Below are positions 53,639 to 64,000 of a DNA stretch of 64,000 nucleotides, one piece after another. The notes under the pieces were generated by a model. The model was given only the letters and a program-made list of their open reading frames with translations, did not search any database and was not told the origin of the DNA. Each line of letters begins with the position of its first letter. Within the stretch, counting starts at the first letter, position 1. The DNA comes from Nemertoderma westbladi (Eukaryota; Animalia; Xenacoelomorpha): assembly GCA_032718475.1 (NCBI GenBank), contig JAUCBJ010005549.1, positions 1-64,000 on the forward strand, written 5' to 3'. The translations under genes and the position numbers were made by a program.

Positions 53639-54399
53639 GCATTTCTAAATGGCAGAAGTTAGATGGTTCACTTACATGGGTGAGTGCTGGCCAGGCTGGA
53701 GTTTGGGGTGTGGACTCGACTGGTCGTATTTTCTACAGAGAAGGGACATATGGATCCTGCAGTACTGGAACAAAATGGGTCATTATCGATGGTGGACTCG
53801 CCAATATTGCTGTTGGAAGCAATATTGTTTGGGGCGTTAATCTCCACTATCAGATTTTCTATCGAAGAGGAATCAGTCCTCAAAACCCAGCAGGTAATAA
53901 TTGGCCAATGATTGCTGGTGGACTTAGCCGGATAACAGTAGATTCAACCAGTAATGGAGTCTGGGGTACCATCTATAACAAGGTTTACCAGAGAGTGGGT
54001 ATAACTACCTCGACACCATCTGGAACATCTTGGTATGAAATCATTGGCGCGAGCATGGCTGACATCAGCTTCGGAGCAGCAGGCCTGTGGGGTATCAACT
54101 TAGGATATGCTCCCTACTACATGCAAGGCACATTTGGTTCAAATAACAATGTTGGTAGCTTTACAGGATGGGCAGCTGCAGATTGGCTAACAATTAGTTC
54201 TGGAGCAAATGGTGTTTTATGGGCAACAAAGACAAACCATGAAATTTACACAGCCACAGTGGAAGAAGGGTATATAAACCCTGTTTGGGAACGTGTAGAT
54301 GGGGAATTGGAGCAAGTGAGCGTCAGTGATTGGAATGGTGCAGTTTGGGGAGTGGATAGTGCTTCAAAAATATGGTTCAAAAATGGAGTATGTGACTAA
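53639..54399 (+). CDS. Secreted lectin, exon 3 (tectonin/tachylectin-1-type beta-propeller)
   Basis: Branch CTAAC and acceptor TTTCAG. Six W..(I/L/V)xG.L..(V/I)S.G..VWG-type repeats. The spliced CDS is 1335 nt = 444 aa. Confidence 0.88.
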
Positions 54400-54432
54400 A
54401 GGTTAGTACAATTTATACAGAGAATTGTAATG

Positions 54433-54779
54433 TATGGTGGCCCTGAGCGGCCAAAAGTTTGTTTTTTGTAATCTTTTTTTTTTGTTCACCCGACTTTTGT
54501 AAACTCGTTCGAACGACTTTACAAAACTCGAGAAAACAAATCTAATTGGCTGGAGTGGTTTCTATACCAACAAACATCCAATCAAGTTTGTTTCCCCGAC
54601 TTTTGCAAACTCGTTCGAACGACTTTGCAAAACTCAGGAAAACAAAAGTTTGTTCTTTGTAATCTTTTTTTTTTGTTCACCCGACTTTTGTAAACTCGTT
54701 CGAACGAGTTTACAAAAGTCGGGTGAACAAAAAAAAAAGATTACAAAAAACAAACTTTTGGCCGCTCAGGGCCACCATA
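54433..54779. mobile_element. IS3EU-like MITE
   Basis: Long TIR starting TATGGTGGCCCTGAGCGGCC and a 6-bp TSD GTAATG. Confidence 0.8.
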
Positions 54780-55052
54780 GTAATGTAATAAGTTTGATGG
54801 TCGTGATTATTGTACTGCAGTATTATTATGAGATCGTAATAAATGTTAATAAGAACACAAGATAAGTTAACATACCGGATTTGCAACAAAAATGTAAATT
54901 CGTATGATTATAGTATAATCTTACAGTGACTGAAGTTAAGTATATTAAACTAAATAAAACACTATATGTATGGTGGTGATTATCGGCTGGTACTGAAGTG
55001 TAGTGCTGTGGGACCCAGCAACATAGCGCCCCCTACCGGGGGACCCAACAAT

Positions 55053-55691
55053 TGTGACGGGATCAGGGATCCCGACCGGGTTGTTATAGTACGCGTCACC
55101 GTTCTGCTTGGGGATCGTGCTAACAGCTTTGGCCGAGGCCGTAGGGGAAAAACAATAAGAGTTTGATGTTGTCTTTCGATATTAGTAAAATACAATCGGT
55201 GATATCACAATATAATAAAACGCAGAAATACAGATAAATAGTTACCGGTATGGCGGTGTCGGTCAATAACTATGGCCGGTCTGCCCTAAACTGAATAACA
55301 CATCTGATACACCAATCTAACATTCTGAGATAATATATGATTAATGCATTGAATATTGCTTCACCTCTTACTCTACTTTGGCCTTCTACCAAAATGGATG
55401 CTGTCCTGTTCCCTATCACGTGCTTCCCTCCCTTCTATTGGCTAATATACTACTTGTCACCTTGGCACTCTTTGGGAGTGTTTCGCCCGCACTAACTGTG
55501 CTCCCTCCGAGGTGGTTTGACCTCTAACCTTCCTTTCTGTGTGGCTTCGGGGCTTGTGTCGCCCCCCCCCCCCCCCAATGTTGGTTATGATACGAGATTA
55601 ATATTGGTAATCTCGTATCCCCAACATATTGCTAAAATGCCACTAGTCCCATTTTCTGGTGGGTAATGAAGTGGAATTGAATCCGCTTACA
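55053..55691 (-). mobile_element. Solo LTR related to the 31753 BEL LTR
   Basis: Reverse complement begins TGTAAGCGGATTCAATTCC and ends GATCCCGTCACA. TSD ACAAT. Confidence 0.88.
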
Positions 55692-56313
55692 ACAATATAG
55701 CGCACCCTAAAGGAGTGTTAGCTTATCCAATTCCGCTAACATGAACCCACAGAGTGAGCCATAAAGCAATATTGGGAGCACGAGGTTGATTACCAATCAA
55801 CCTCGTGTCAGCCCAGTAAACGGGGACAATAGGCCCCAAAGGAGACACACACAATAAGGGTCAGGGGCCAAACCCCTAACCGAGAGAGAACACAGGGAGT
55901 GAAGGGAAACACTCCAAAGGGTGCCAACAGGGATATCAACCAATCAGAGGGGGGCAAGGCATCGATTGAGTAGCAATAAGGCCACCGTGCAATATAACCA
56001 GTTACCAGTAATCATACCGGTCAGTTATTCAGTTTACTCAATCAGATCAGTAGGGTGGAACGGGGACTTCTGTCACCGTCCGCTACCGCCATTATATATT
56101 ACCTATTGTGTCATACTATATTATATCAACTGTCAGACTATTATACCTTTATACATATTACCCAACATCAGAACTCTTTTACCTTTCACACACGGCGGGG
56201 ACGCGTGGGCAGAAAACCCAAACGGATAAACCGGGATCCGTAGATCCCGTCACAGTGACAGAACTAGATCCGCCCAGCTGCCCTGACAGTGATAGACTGA
56301 CACCAAAGGCGAG

Positions 56314-59300
56314 ATGAGTCGAGAGAAAGGAACGACACCGCCGCGGACCCCGGACGACGATCTAACGATCCGCGAGGCCACGGCGAGACGATACGAACCC
56401 ACGACGCCGGTCGATGCTACGCCGACCACGTCGACGCAGGTTGACGCCACGTCGATAACGAGCAACACGGCGAACCAAGGTGTGGGGGGTCGTCTACCAG
56501 GAGAGAGCGAGTCGAGTAGAGGAGACGAGTCGGGAGGAGAAGAGAAAGACGAGTCGACGCGGAGCGAGGGTCGACGAACCGATGTCGCCGGTCCGCCACA
56601 GGCCGAGGACGACGAACGGTCCACCGGAACGGCGACGGTGGGGCCGTCGGTACGACGTCGGACCCGGAGAGACAGAGGAGAGGTCGGCGACGAGGACGTC
56701 GGGGTTTCTGATCGACTTCGACGGGCCTACAACGCGACCCGGGAACTACTAAAGGAGGCCAAGGAGGGGGCGAGAATAGACGAGGTCAGGATGACAAAGG
56801 GACTAGGTGAGTCGGACAGATACTTTGATCACCTAGTGTGTTCTGGGCAGAGAGAACTAGCAGAGTTGAGGGCGTGGGGAGTTGCCTTCGAACTGTTTAA
56901 ACTGTGGGAATGTGGGGGTATGGAACCTAGTGTAGTGTACATAGGGCCATACTTAGTCGATGCCAGGGAAGTTAAGTTAGTGGGTTGGAAGAGACCTGGG
57001 GAGGGCGAATCCGAGGTTAACTCCGAGGATTCGGTCTCGTCGGTCGGAGGAAGTTCCGGGAGGCGGGGGAAAGTTAGTGGGACGGAGGGGCGGCGGGAGT
57101 CCGTCGCAACCGATAAGTCTGCTACATCCTCCGCAAAAGAAAGAAGGGTGCGAGAGAGTGAACGCGTGGCGTATAAATTAGAAAAGGTTGCGACAGAGCA
57201 GAATGAGTTAGAGTGGCAATTGAGAGAGGAAACCGCATTCTCAGAGAAGGTAGGAGGCTTGGAGAGGGAGTGTAGAGAGAAGGCCGAGGAGTATAGAGAG
57301 AGGGCCAAGGAGTGTAGAGAGCTAGAGATGGGTGTAGAGAGCGAGCAGTTTGAGATGCTTGCGAGAGGGGCAGAGTTGACCGAGCAGAATATGCGAGAGA
57401 AGGGGATAAAGGATGAGCGCAGGCGGGATGATTTGCGTGCTCAGCTAGGGAGGCTTGCGCAATATCAAGCCAAACTTAAACGGCGCCGACTAGAACTGGC
57501 GCGGTTGGAAATGTCAGAGAGTGAGACCCCACTTACAAGCACCGGGCGAGAGAACCAGAACTGGTGTAGCCGTACGGGCGGGGGGGGTAGTAGTAGTACG
57601 TTAGAGACAGTTAATGTTAATAGTACCGTAGTAGATAACCATAATCCCTTTATTACAGGAAATAATATTTTACCGGGTAGTAGTAATTTAAATTTAAATA
57701 CAAATATCCTAAATAATAATTTCAATTCAAACCCGCAAAATAATTCGAATAATAATTTAAGTTTAGAGAATAGTAGTGATCTAAGTAATTTAAATAATTT
57801 AAATAATAATCTCGTTTCAAATTCTAATAATTTAATTGATTTAACAAATAATATTGGGAATGGTGCTATTAATATGAGCGTGTCGGACGTACATAACCCG
57901 GCAGACGGTGGCCTGGTAGGCCACGTAGTTAGTAGGCAGGAAGTGGCAGGGTTGAGCCAACCCGACGGCGGCCTGGTAGGCCACGTAGTTGGTAGGCAGG
58001 AGGTAGCGGGGTTGAGCCAACCCAAGGTGGGCCTGATGGGCCACGCAGTAGTAGAGAGAGAGGCAGGGGTGAATAGACCCAGCCGTAGTAGAGACAGTGC
58101 GTCGACTAGAGAGGGGTGTAGAGACGAAGTAAGAGATATTGAAGTTAGATGTGGCGGGTGGGGGGGGGCTACGGGCGCCCCACCACATAAGATTAGTGGC
58201 GAGAGAGGGGGGGCAGAGAATGCCCCACAAGAGGGGTATAGAAGTGTAGTAAGAAATAGTGAAGTTAGAAGTGGCGGGTGGGGGGGGGCTGCGGGCACCC
58301 CACCGCGAGAGATTAGTAGAGAGAGAGGGGGGGCAGGGAGTGTCCCACAGCCGTCAGCGGATAATGCGAGGGCCGAAATAGGTAAACCGCAACAACCGGC
58401 GACGGAGAGTAATAGGGGGATTGCGAGTATCCCCAGCGGCGTGCGATCGAGCAGAGAGAAGCAGGTTGACGTCGCGAGAGGGCAGACGAAGCGTCGAGCC
58501 CGACCAGAAGAGGGAAGAAGAACAGTGGAGTTTAACCGGGAGGTCGACGAGAGACCTCACGAGCCGGAATACTACACAGAAAAGAGAAGAAGAGAAGATA
58601 GTAGAAGAAGTGTCGCCACGAACGATAGCAGTGCGAGGACGGATAACGGACCGTCGATAGTAGAGATGGAGTCAGGGAGCCAGTGGGGTCGAACTTCGGG
58701 AGATTGCCGTCGCCCCGGAGAAACGCACCGCACGCCAGGAAGGGGGTACAGGACGTACCAATACGAAGAAGAGAACAGGAGAGGGGATCGAGGGGAAACT
58801 TCCCGACGGGATATAGCTGCCGATCGAGAGTGCAGTAGTCGCGGGGAGATTCGAGATTCGCGAAGAATAAACTTCGGTTCGGAAGGGCACATGCAGACTG
58901 CAGGACATACTGTAGGCCTTACTGCACATACTATTATAGGCCATGCTGAGAGAGATAGAGTAGGCGATGGGGTAGCGCGAACGACGGGATTAAACCCGGA
59001 AGTCGCGGAGTACATACCGGTAGGTAGGCAAGAGGTAGGTAGGCCTGTATCGGTACAGCAGCATGACTATAATAATACACAGGGACATAACATATATCCA
59101 GGGGAGGGGGGAGTTATTGGAGATAGACGTATGGGCCCCAATGTATTAACATCAACCCCAGTACCAAACAAACCGGCTGGGGGGGGACAGGGTGACATTC
59201 CCCCATCACAATATCGACAATATACCCCGATAGGAGCGAGAATATCGAACTCCCTGGACGAGAGCAGGTCGTGCGGACAGTCACCACCACACGCGGCCAT

Positions 59301-59613
59301 ACAGGGGACTGCTAGTCCACAGTTAGGTGGTAGCAGGGCCACACCGTGGCAGGGACAGAAAGAAAATAACACCAAAAATAAACACAATCCCAATATACCC
59401 AGTAGGCCGAGTCTAGACAACCAAAACATTAAATCGGTACATATAAACCTAAGCGCGATACGTGAAGGACTATACAGGAAACGCTATAATCCAGGATTCC
59501 AATGTCAATTACATCGGGACGGAACCCATAAGACCAGGAGTTGCAAGTACTGGCAAGCGTTGCCCAAACGAGATCGTGTAGCCTACACAGACGCAAACGG
59601 ACTATGTCATTGA
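56314..59613 (+). CDS. Gag-derived 1099-aa ORF (coiled coil, Asn-rich tract, first Cys/His knuckle)
   Basis: Homologous to gag pieces of the 31753 element (VYIGPYLVDAR..EDSVSSV). The frame continues to 60024 after one TGA. Confidence 0.8.
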   Translation: MSREKGTTPPRTPDDDLTIREATARRYEPTTPVDATPTTSTQVDATSITSNTANQGVGGRLPGESESSRGDESGGEEKDESTRSEGRRTDVAGPPQAEDDERSTGTATVGPSVRRRTRRDRGEVGDEDVGVSDRLRRAYNATRELLKEAKEGARIDEVRMTKGLGESDRYFDHLVCSGQRELAELRAWGVAFELFKLWECGGMEPSVVYIGPYLVDAREVKLVGWKRPGEGESEVNSEDSVSSVGGSSGRRGKVSGTEGRRESVATDKSATSSAKERRVRESERVAYKLEKVATEQNELEWQLREETAFSEKVGGLERECREKAEEYRERAKECRELEMGVESEQFEMLARGAELTEQNMREKGIKDERRRDDLRAQLGRLAQYQAKLKRRRLELARLEMSESETPLTSTGRENQNWCSRTGGGGSSSTLETVNVNSTVVDNHNPFITGNNILPGSSNLNLNTNILNNNFNSNPQNNSNNNLSLENSSDLSNLNNLNNNLVSNSNNLIDLTNNIGNGAINMSVSDVHNPADGGLVGHVVSRQEVAGLSQPDGGLVGHVVGRQEVAGLSQPKVGLMGHAVVEREAGVNRPSRSRDSASTREGCRDEVRDIEVRCGGWGGATGAPPHKISGERGGAENAPQEGYRSVVRNSEVRSGGWGGAAGTPPREISRERGGAGSVPQPSADNARAEIGKPQQPATESNRGIASIPSGVRSSREKQVDVARGQTKRRARPEEGRRTVEFNREVDERPHEPEYYTEKRRREDSRRSVATNDSSARTDNGPSIVEMESGSQWGRTSGDCRRPGETHRTPGRGYRTYQYEEENRRGDRGETSRRDIAADRECSSRGEIRDSRRINFGSEGHMQTAGHTVGLTAHTIIGHAERDRVGDGVARTTGLNPEVAEYIPVGRQEVGRPVSVQQHDYNNTQGHNIYPGEGGVIGDRRMGPNVLTSTPVPNKPAGGGQGDIPPSQYRQYTPIGARISNSLDESRSCGQSPPHAAIQGTASPQLGGSRATPWQGQKENNTKNKHNPNIPSRPSLDNQNIKSVHINLSAIREGLYRKRYNPGFQCQLHRDGTHKTRSCKYWQALPKRDRVAYTDANGLCH

Positions 59614-60049
59614 TGTGTGGTAAAAGGACACAGATCCGGAGAGTGTTGGAAAGGGAGACGATGTGAAAGGACTATGAGCAAACATAAGGGAGTCGGGAAA
59701 GTGGAAGGAGGCGTGTTGCATACACACGCAGGACGGACACAGTGCGAGGGGGCATTGCACGGGCAGACACCGCGTATACCGAGGGACGAGCGGGGGTCGT
59801 CGAGGGCCCTAATGCCAGCGCACATACGAAGGGGGAGGCCAGTAAAGGTGGCACCGAAGAGAGTGTGGCGAAGAGCTAGAGGACGTATAGGAGGGCAGCA
59901 GGAGAGTGCCTACCGGAAGAAGGGGCACGTGAGAGTTTTTAGTCGTCCAAAGTTTTGGACTGAGGGGGGTGGGAATGAGGGCGAGACGCCCTTCCCACGC
60001 ACAAAATATAAAATAATTATTTAATTAAAATTAAGAAAATAATTAAATA

Positions 60050-61700
60050 ATAGAGTAGGTAGAAGCTAGGTAGTAAGGGTTAGTTAGTTAGTCAGTTAGT
60101 TAGTTAGTTAAAGAGGGCACGTAAGTACCGCTAGTTAGAGAGTTAGTAGGTACGTAGTACCTAATCAGAGTTAGAGTTAGTAGGTACGTAATACCTAGTC
60201 AGAGTTAGAGTTAGAGGGTAGGTAGTACCGATAGAGTTAGAGTTAGTAGGTACGTAGTACCTAGTTAGAGTTAGAGTTAGTAGGTACGTAGTACCTAGAG
60301 TTAGAGAGTTAGTAGGTACGTAGTACCTAGAGTTAGTTAGAGAGTCAGTAGGTACGTAGTACCTAGTTAGAGTAAGAGTTAGTAGGTACGTAGTACCTAG
60401 AGTTAGTTAGAGAGTCAGTAGGTACGTAGTACCTAGTTAGAGTTAGAGGGTACGTAGTACCTAGTTAGAGAGCTAGTAGGTACGTAGTACCTAGTTAGAG
60501 TTAGAGTTAGAGGGTACGTAGTACCTAGTTAGAGAGTTAGTAGATACGTAGTACCTAGTTAGAGTTAGAGTTAGAAGGTACGTAGTACCTAGTTAGAGTT
60601 AGAGGGTACGTAGTACCGTCAGTTAGTGGAGCTGGAGTAGTGAGAGGGTACGTAGTACCGCTAGTTAGAGTAAGAGTTAGAGGGTACGTAGTACCGTTAG
60701 TAGAGAGTTAGCAGAGTAGAGTTAGTAGTAGAATGGTTGTGGGCACCGTAAGCGCCACATAGAAAGTAGTAGCAGTAGAGGGTTGTGGGCACCGTAAGCG
60801 CCACGTAGTTAGAGTTAGTAGGGAATGCGCTGAACTTAGTGGGGCACGGGCGTGATGATGTGTGTGATGTAAGAGCAGGGTATGTTAATTAGAGTTAGTG
60901 GGAGTTAGAGGTTAGTAAGAGGGTACGTAGTAGTACCGGTTGTGGTTGTGGGCACCGTTAGCGCCACGTAGATAGAGGTAGAGTTAGTAAGAGGGTACGT
61001 AGTACCGGTTGTGGTTGTGGGCACCGTTAGCGCCACGTAGAGAGTTAGTAGAGTTAGAAGGTGCCGTGCACAAGAGGTGCCGGGCACAAAAAGAGTTAGT
61101 AGAGTTAGAAGAGAGTTAGTAGAGTCAGTAGTAGTTCACATAATTAACGTACCCACTCTGCCGGCACTCAGAGCGTCACGTGTAGGCGATGAGACGTAAA
61201 GGGGATGTAGAGGAGTAGAGACGGGCACATAGGGTGCCAGAGAGTAGAAGAGTAGAGACGGGCACATAGGGTGCCAGGTAGTAGAGTTAAAGAGGTAGTG
61301 TAGTAGAGAGGGCACATAGGGTGCCAGGTAGTAGAGTAGAGCAGAGAGGGCACATAGGGTGCCAGGTAGTAGAGTTAGAAGAGTGAGTGGAGTTAGTAGA
61401 GCTAGTTAGTAGAGTTAGCAGAGCTAGTGGAGTAGAGTTAGCAGAGCTAGTGGAGTAGAGTTAGCAGAGCTAGTGGAGTAGAGTTAGCAGAGCTAGTGGA
61501 GTAGAGTTAGTAGAGCTAGTTAAGCAGAGTTGGTTGACTCAGAGGAGTCAAGTAGAGTTAGTAGAAGTAGAAAGTTAGTAGGAGTTAGTTAGACTTAGTA
61601 GAGAGTTAGAGTCAGTAGAAAGTTAGAGGCTCTCAGTTAGAGCTAGAAGTAGTAAGAGTTAGTAGTTAGCAGAGTTAGTTAGATAGTTAGAGTTAGTAAG
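60050..61700. repeat. Purine-biased simple-repeat expansion (AGTTAG, GGTACGTAGTACC) in the LTR element 3' UTR
   Basis: Seen directly in the sequence. Confidence 0.9.
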
Positions 61701-62741
61701 CAGTAGGTAGATAGTATGATAGCACAGGGGTAACATTAGAGATTAAAGCCTTAGGTAGTGACAAGAGAGTGGAGAGGTAATAGTGCGGAGTGCGAAGAGA
61801 GCGTGGGCGCAATTCAAGTGTGGGGGAGGAGAAGTGAGAGGAAGAGTGTGGGACGAGGAGGTCCGGGGGTATGCGAGAGTTGGAGTAGAGTGGTGAGAGT
61901 GTTGGGGAAACAAAAATTGTGTGAGAGAAGCGCACGATCGGCCCGACATGAGACGCCAGAGGGTAGTGACATCATACCCATAGGGAGCGGCCTGGAAAGC
62001 CGACTCCGAAAAAATATACCCACCCCACACCCGATGCTAGATCGGGATCCAGCGGAATTGTAGCGCACTTGAGTTGGATGCTATCTTCTTACCGGGAAGA
62101 TAGCATGGGGGGGAGTGTTAGCTTATCCAATTCCGCTAACATGAACCCACAGAGTGAGCCATAAAGCAATATTGGGAGCACGAGGTTGATTACCAATCAA
62201 CCTCGTGTCAGCCCAGTAAACGGGGACAATAGGCCCCAAAGGAGACACACACAATAAGGGTCAGGGGCCAAACCCCTAACCGAGAGAGAACACAGGGAGT
62301 GAAGGGAAACACTCCAAAGGGTGCCAACAGGGATATCAACCAATCAGAGGGGGGCAAGGCATCGATTGAGTAGCAATAAGGCCACCGTGCAATATAACCA
62401 GTTACCAGTAATCATACCGGTCAGTTATTCAGTTTACTCAATCAGATCAGTAGGGTGGAACGGGGACTTCTGTCACCGTCCGCTACCGCCATTATATATT
62501 ACCTATTGTGTCATACTATATTATATCAACTGTCAGACTATTATACCTTTATACATATTACCCAACATCAGAACTCTTTTACCTTTCACACACGGCGGGG
62601 ACGCGTGGGCAGAAAACCCAAACGGATAAACCGGGATCCGTAGATCCCGTCACAAGGAGGACCCAGCAACATAGCGCCTCCAGATCTTACGGTCAGCCAT
62701 ACACAGTGCCGGGGAACCCAGCAAAAAGGCGCCCCAGATCT

Positions 62742-63062
62742 CTACTACTAGGATCGACATGCTGCATTGAAACTGCATTTTTAAGAACGCTGCGCCGGCT
62801 TGTCGACAAAATTGCGCCGCCACAACTCCCTATCACCCATGACATTTGCTAGATAATCCGCATATTCAAGGCCAGTGTCCTTTAAGATGCGTCTCAAGAA
62901 AGTCATGGGCTGTCCACCATGCTTATTCACTCCATGAGGCTGCCAAAGTACAAGATTATGCACTGGCTGGTCCTCACGGCGAAAGCAATGTCCTGCAAAG
63001 CGGAGGCGATTTTGTTCTAGTGTCAAGCTTGGGGGAACCAATGAGACACCTCCAATGTTATA
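62742..63062 (-). mobile_element. RTE 3' fragment
   Basis: Closely similar to 32690-33010, with an (ACT)n tail. Confidence 0.88.
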
Positions 63063-64000
63063 TTGTGTATAACTTTGTCAAACTTGTGTATAATAGATTT
63101 GATATAGTTATATACTTTTAGTAAACTGTTTTTTAGATGTTTTTTTTAATTATTATATTCTGTTATATAATATTAAAAAAAACTAATTTGATTGATTGAC
63201 AGAGACTAACACGTTGTGTTCGCGCTTTTAGACCTTTAGCAGTTTAACCTGCCAATTTTAGGTGTCTTCTAGTTTATAAATCGACTTTAGCCTATAACAA
63301 GTATTTGGTGCACATAAAGTTACATTAGCCGAAGCCAGCCTATGCGCGACCATTCACCCACGGTTAAGGGAGACTGGATTCGGATGCTTTGACCTTATTG
63401 CGGTGTAGACTTACTGTATTATTCGATTGCTCGTTACTATAATATCTCTGACAAATATTATTCACTTTCGGGAAATATTAACAGTTCCTTTAGGACGTGG
63501 CGCTCTAAGTATGTAAACAGAGTTATGACTTACACTAAACACAACGGGATGGCTATTGATTTTCGTATAAAGCGCATTCTTTAGGAAATGCTTTGTTATC
63601 TGTCACACTCCTGCACACTACCGCATACTGCTGCACACTGATCTGCTGACCTTCACTAAATTTGATCATATATAAGGAGAATAGCAACTGACACATGTAG
63701 GGATTATGAAATAGCATTCAATTCACTCCAAAACCACTATAATGTAAGTCGCAGTTGCTACAGGTAACTGGTCCCTCTTACCTTCAGTATATCAAGAAGA
63801 TTGGGGTTTTATGATTATTTATCGATATTCTCCAAATATAACAACATATCCATCAACTTATAACAATTAATAACCGACAGTAAACAGAAGTAAAATAATG
63901 CGGTAGGACAAGTATGTATGTTCTGGTTTGTCCAGTTTGTATGGTTTGGATTGATAACAGTTATACGTTCCTATAATCAAAGCCGTCTAATGTTTGGCTA

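Larger units (their letters stand above)
55716..62654 (+). mobile_element. Young non-autonomous BEL/Pao-derived LTR element
   Basis: 539-bp LTRs at 55716-56254 and 62116-62654 with no difference seen. TSD AGGAG, PPT present, no RT or RNase H. Confidence 0.93.

Noticed and set aside
60050-61700. Telomeric (TTAGG/TTAGGG) array
   Set aside because: The units are irregular AGTTAG variants internal to an LTR element.

Overview
AT-rich eukaryotic, probably invertebrate, genomic DNA dominated by nested transposons. Host genes: (1) a 3-exon PLC-delta-type phospholipase C; (2) scattered TSP1-like, Ca-binding EGF and bulb-type (B) lectin exons; (3) a 3-exon secreted PAN-PAN-tectonin lectin. Mobile DNA: a CR1 LINE, five pieces of one RTE family, two LTR-bounded BEL/Pao deletion derivatives, a related solo LTR, a decayed BEL pol, several MITEs (piggyBac, Harbinger, EnSpm/CMC, IS3EU) and a Penelope pLTR fold-back with a minimal hammerhead. 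There are also several satellites. The two oddest structures are a ~6 kb intronic element with ~1 kb hairpin-rich inverted termini, a third terminal copy and an orphan CCHC zinc-knuckle ORF with no RT or transposase (46417-52448), and a Gypsy element whose two ends are inverted copies of the same LTR end yet carries a clean 5-bp TSD (35543-39589). All calls were made by eye with no database searches; coordinates of degenerate elements are approximate.
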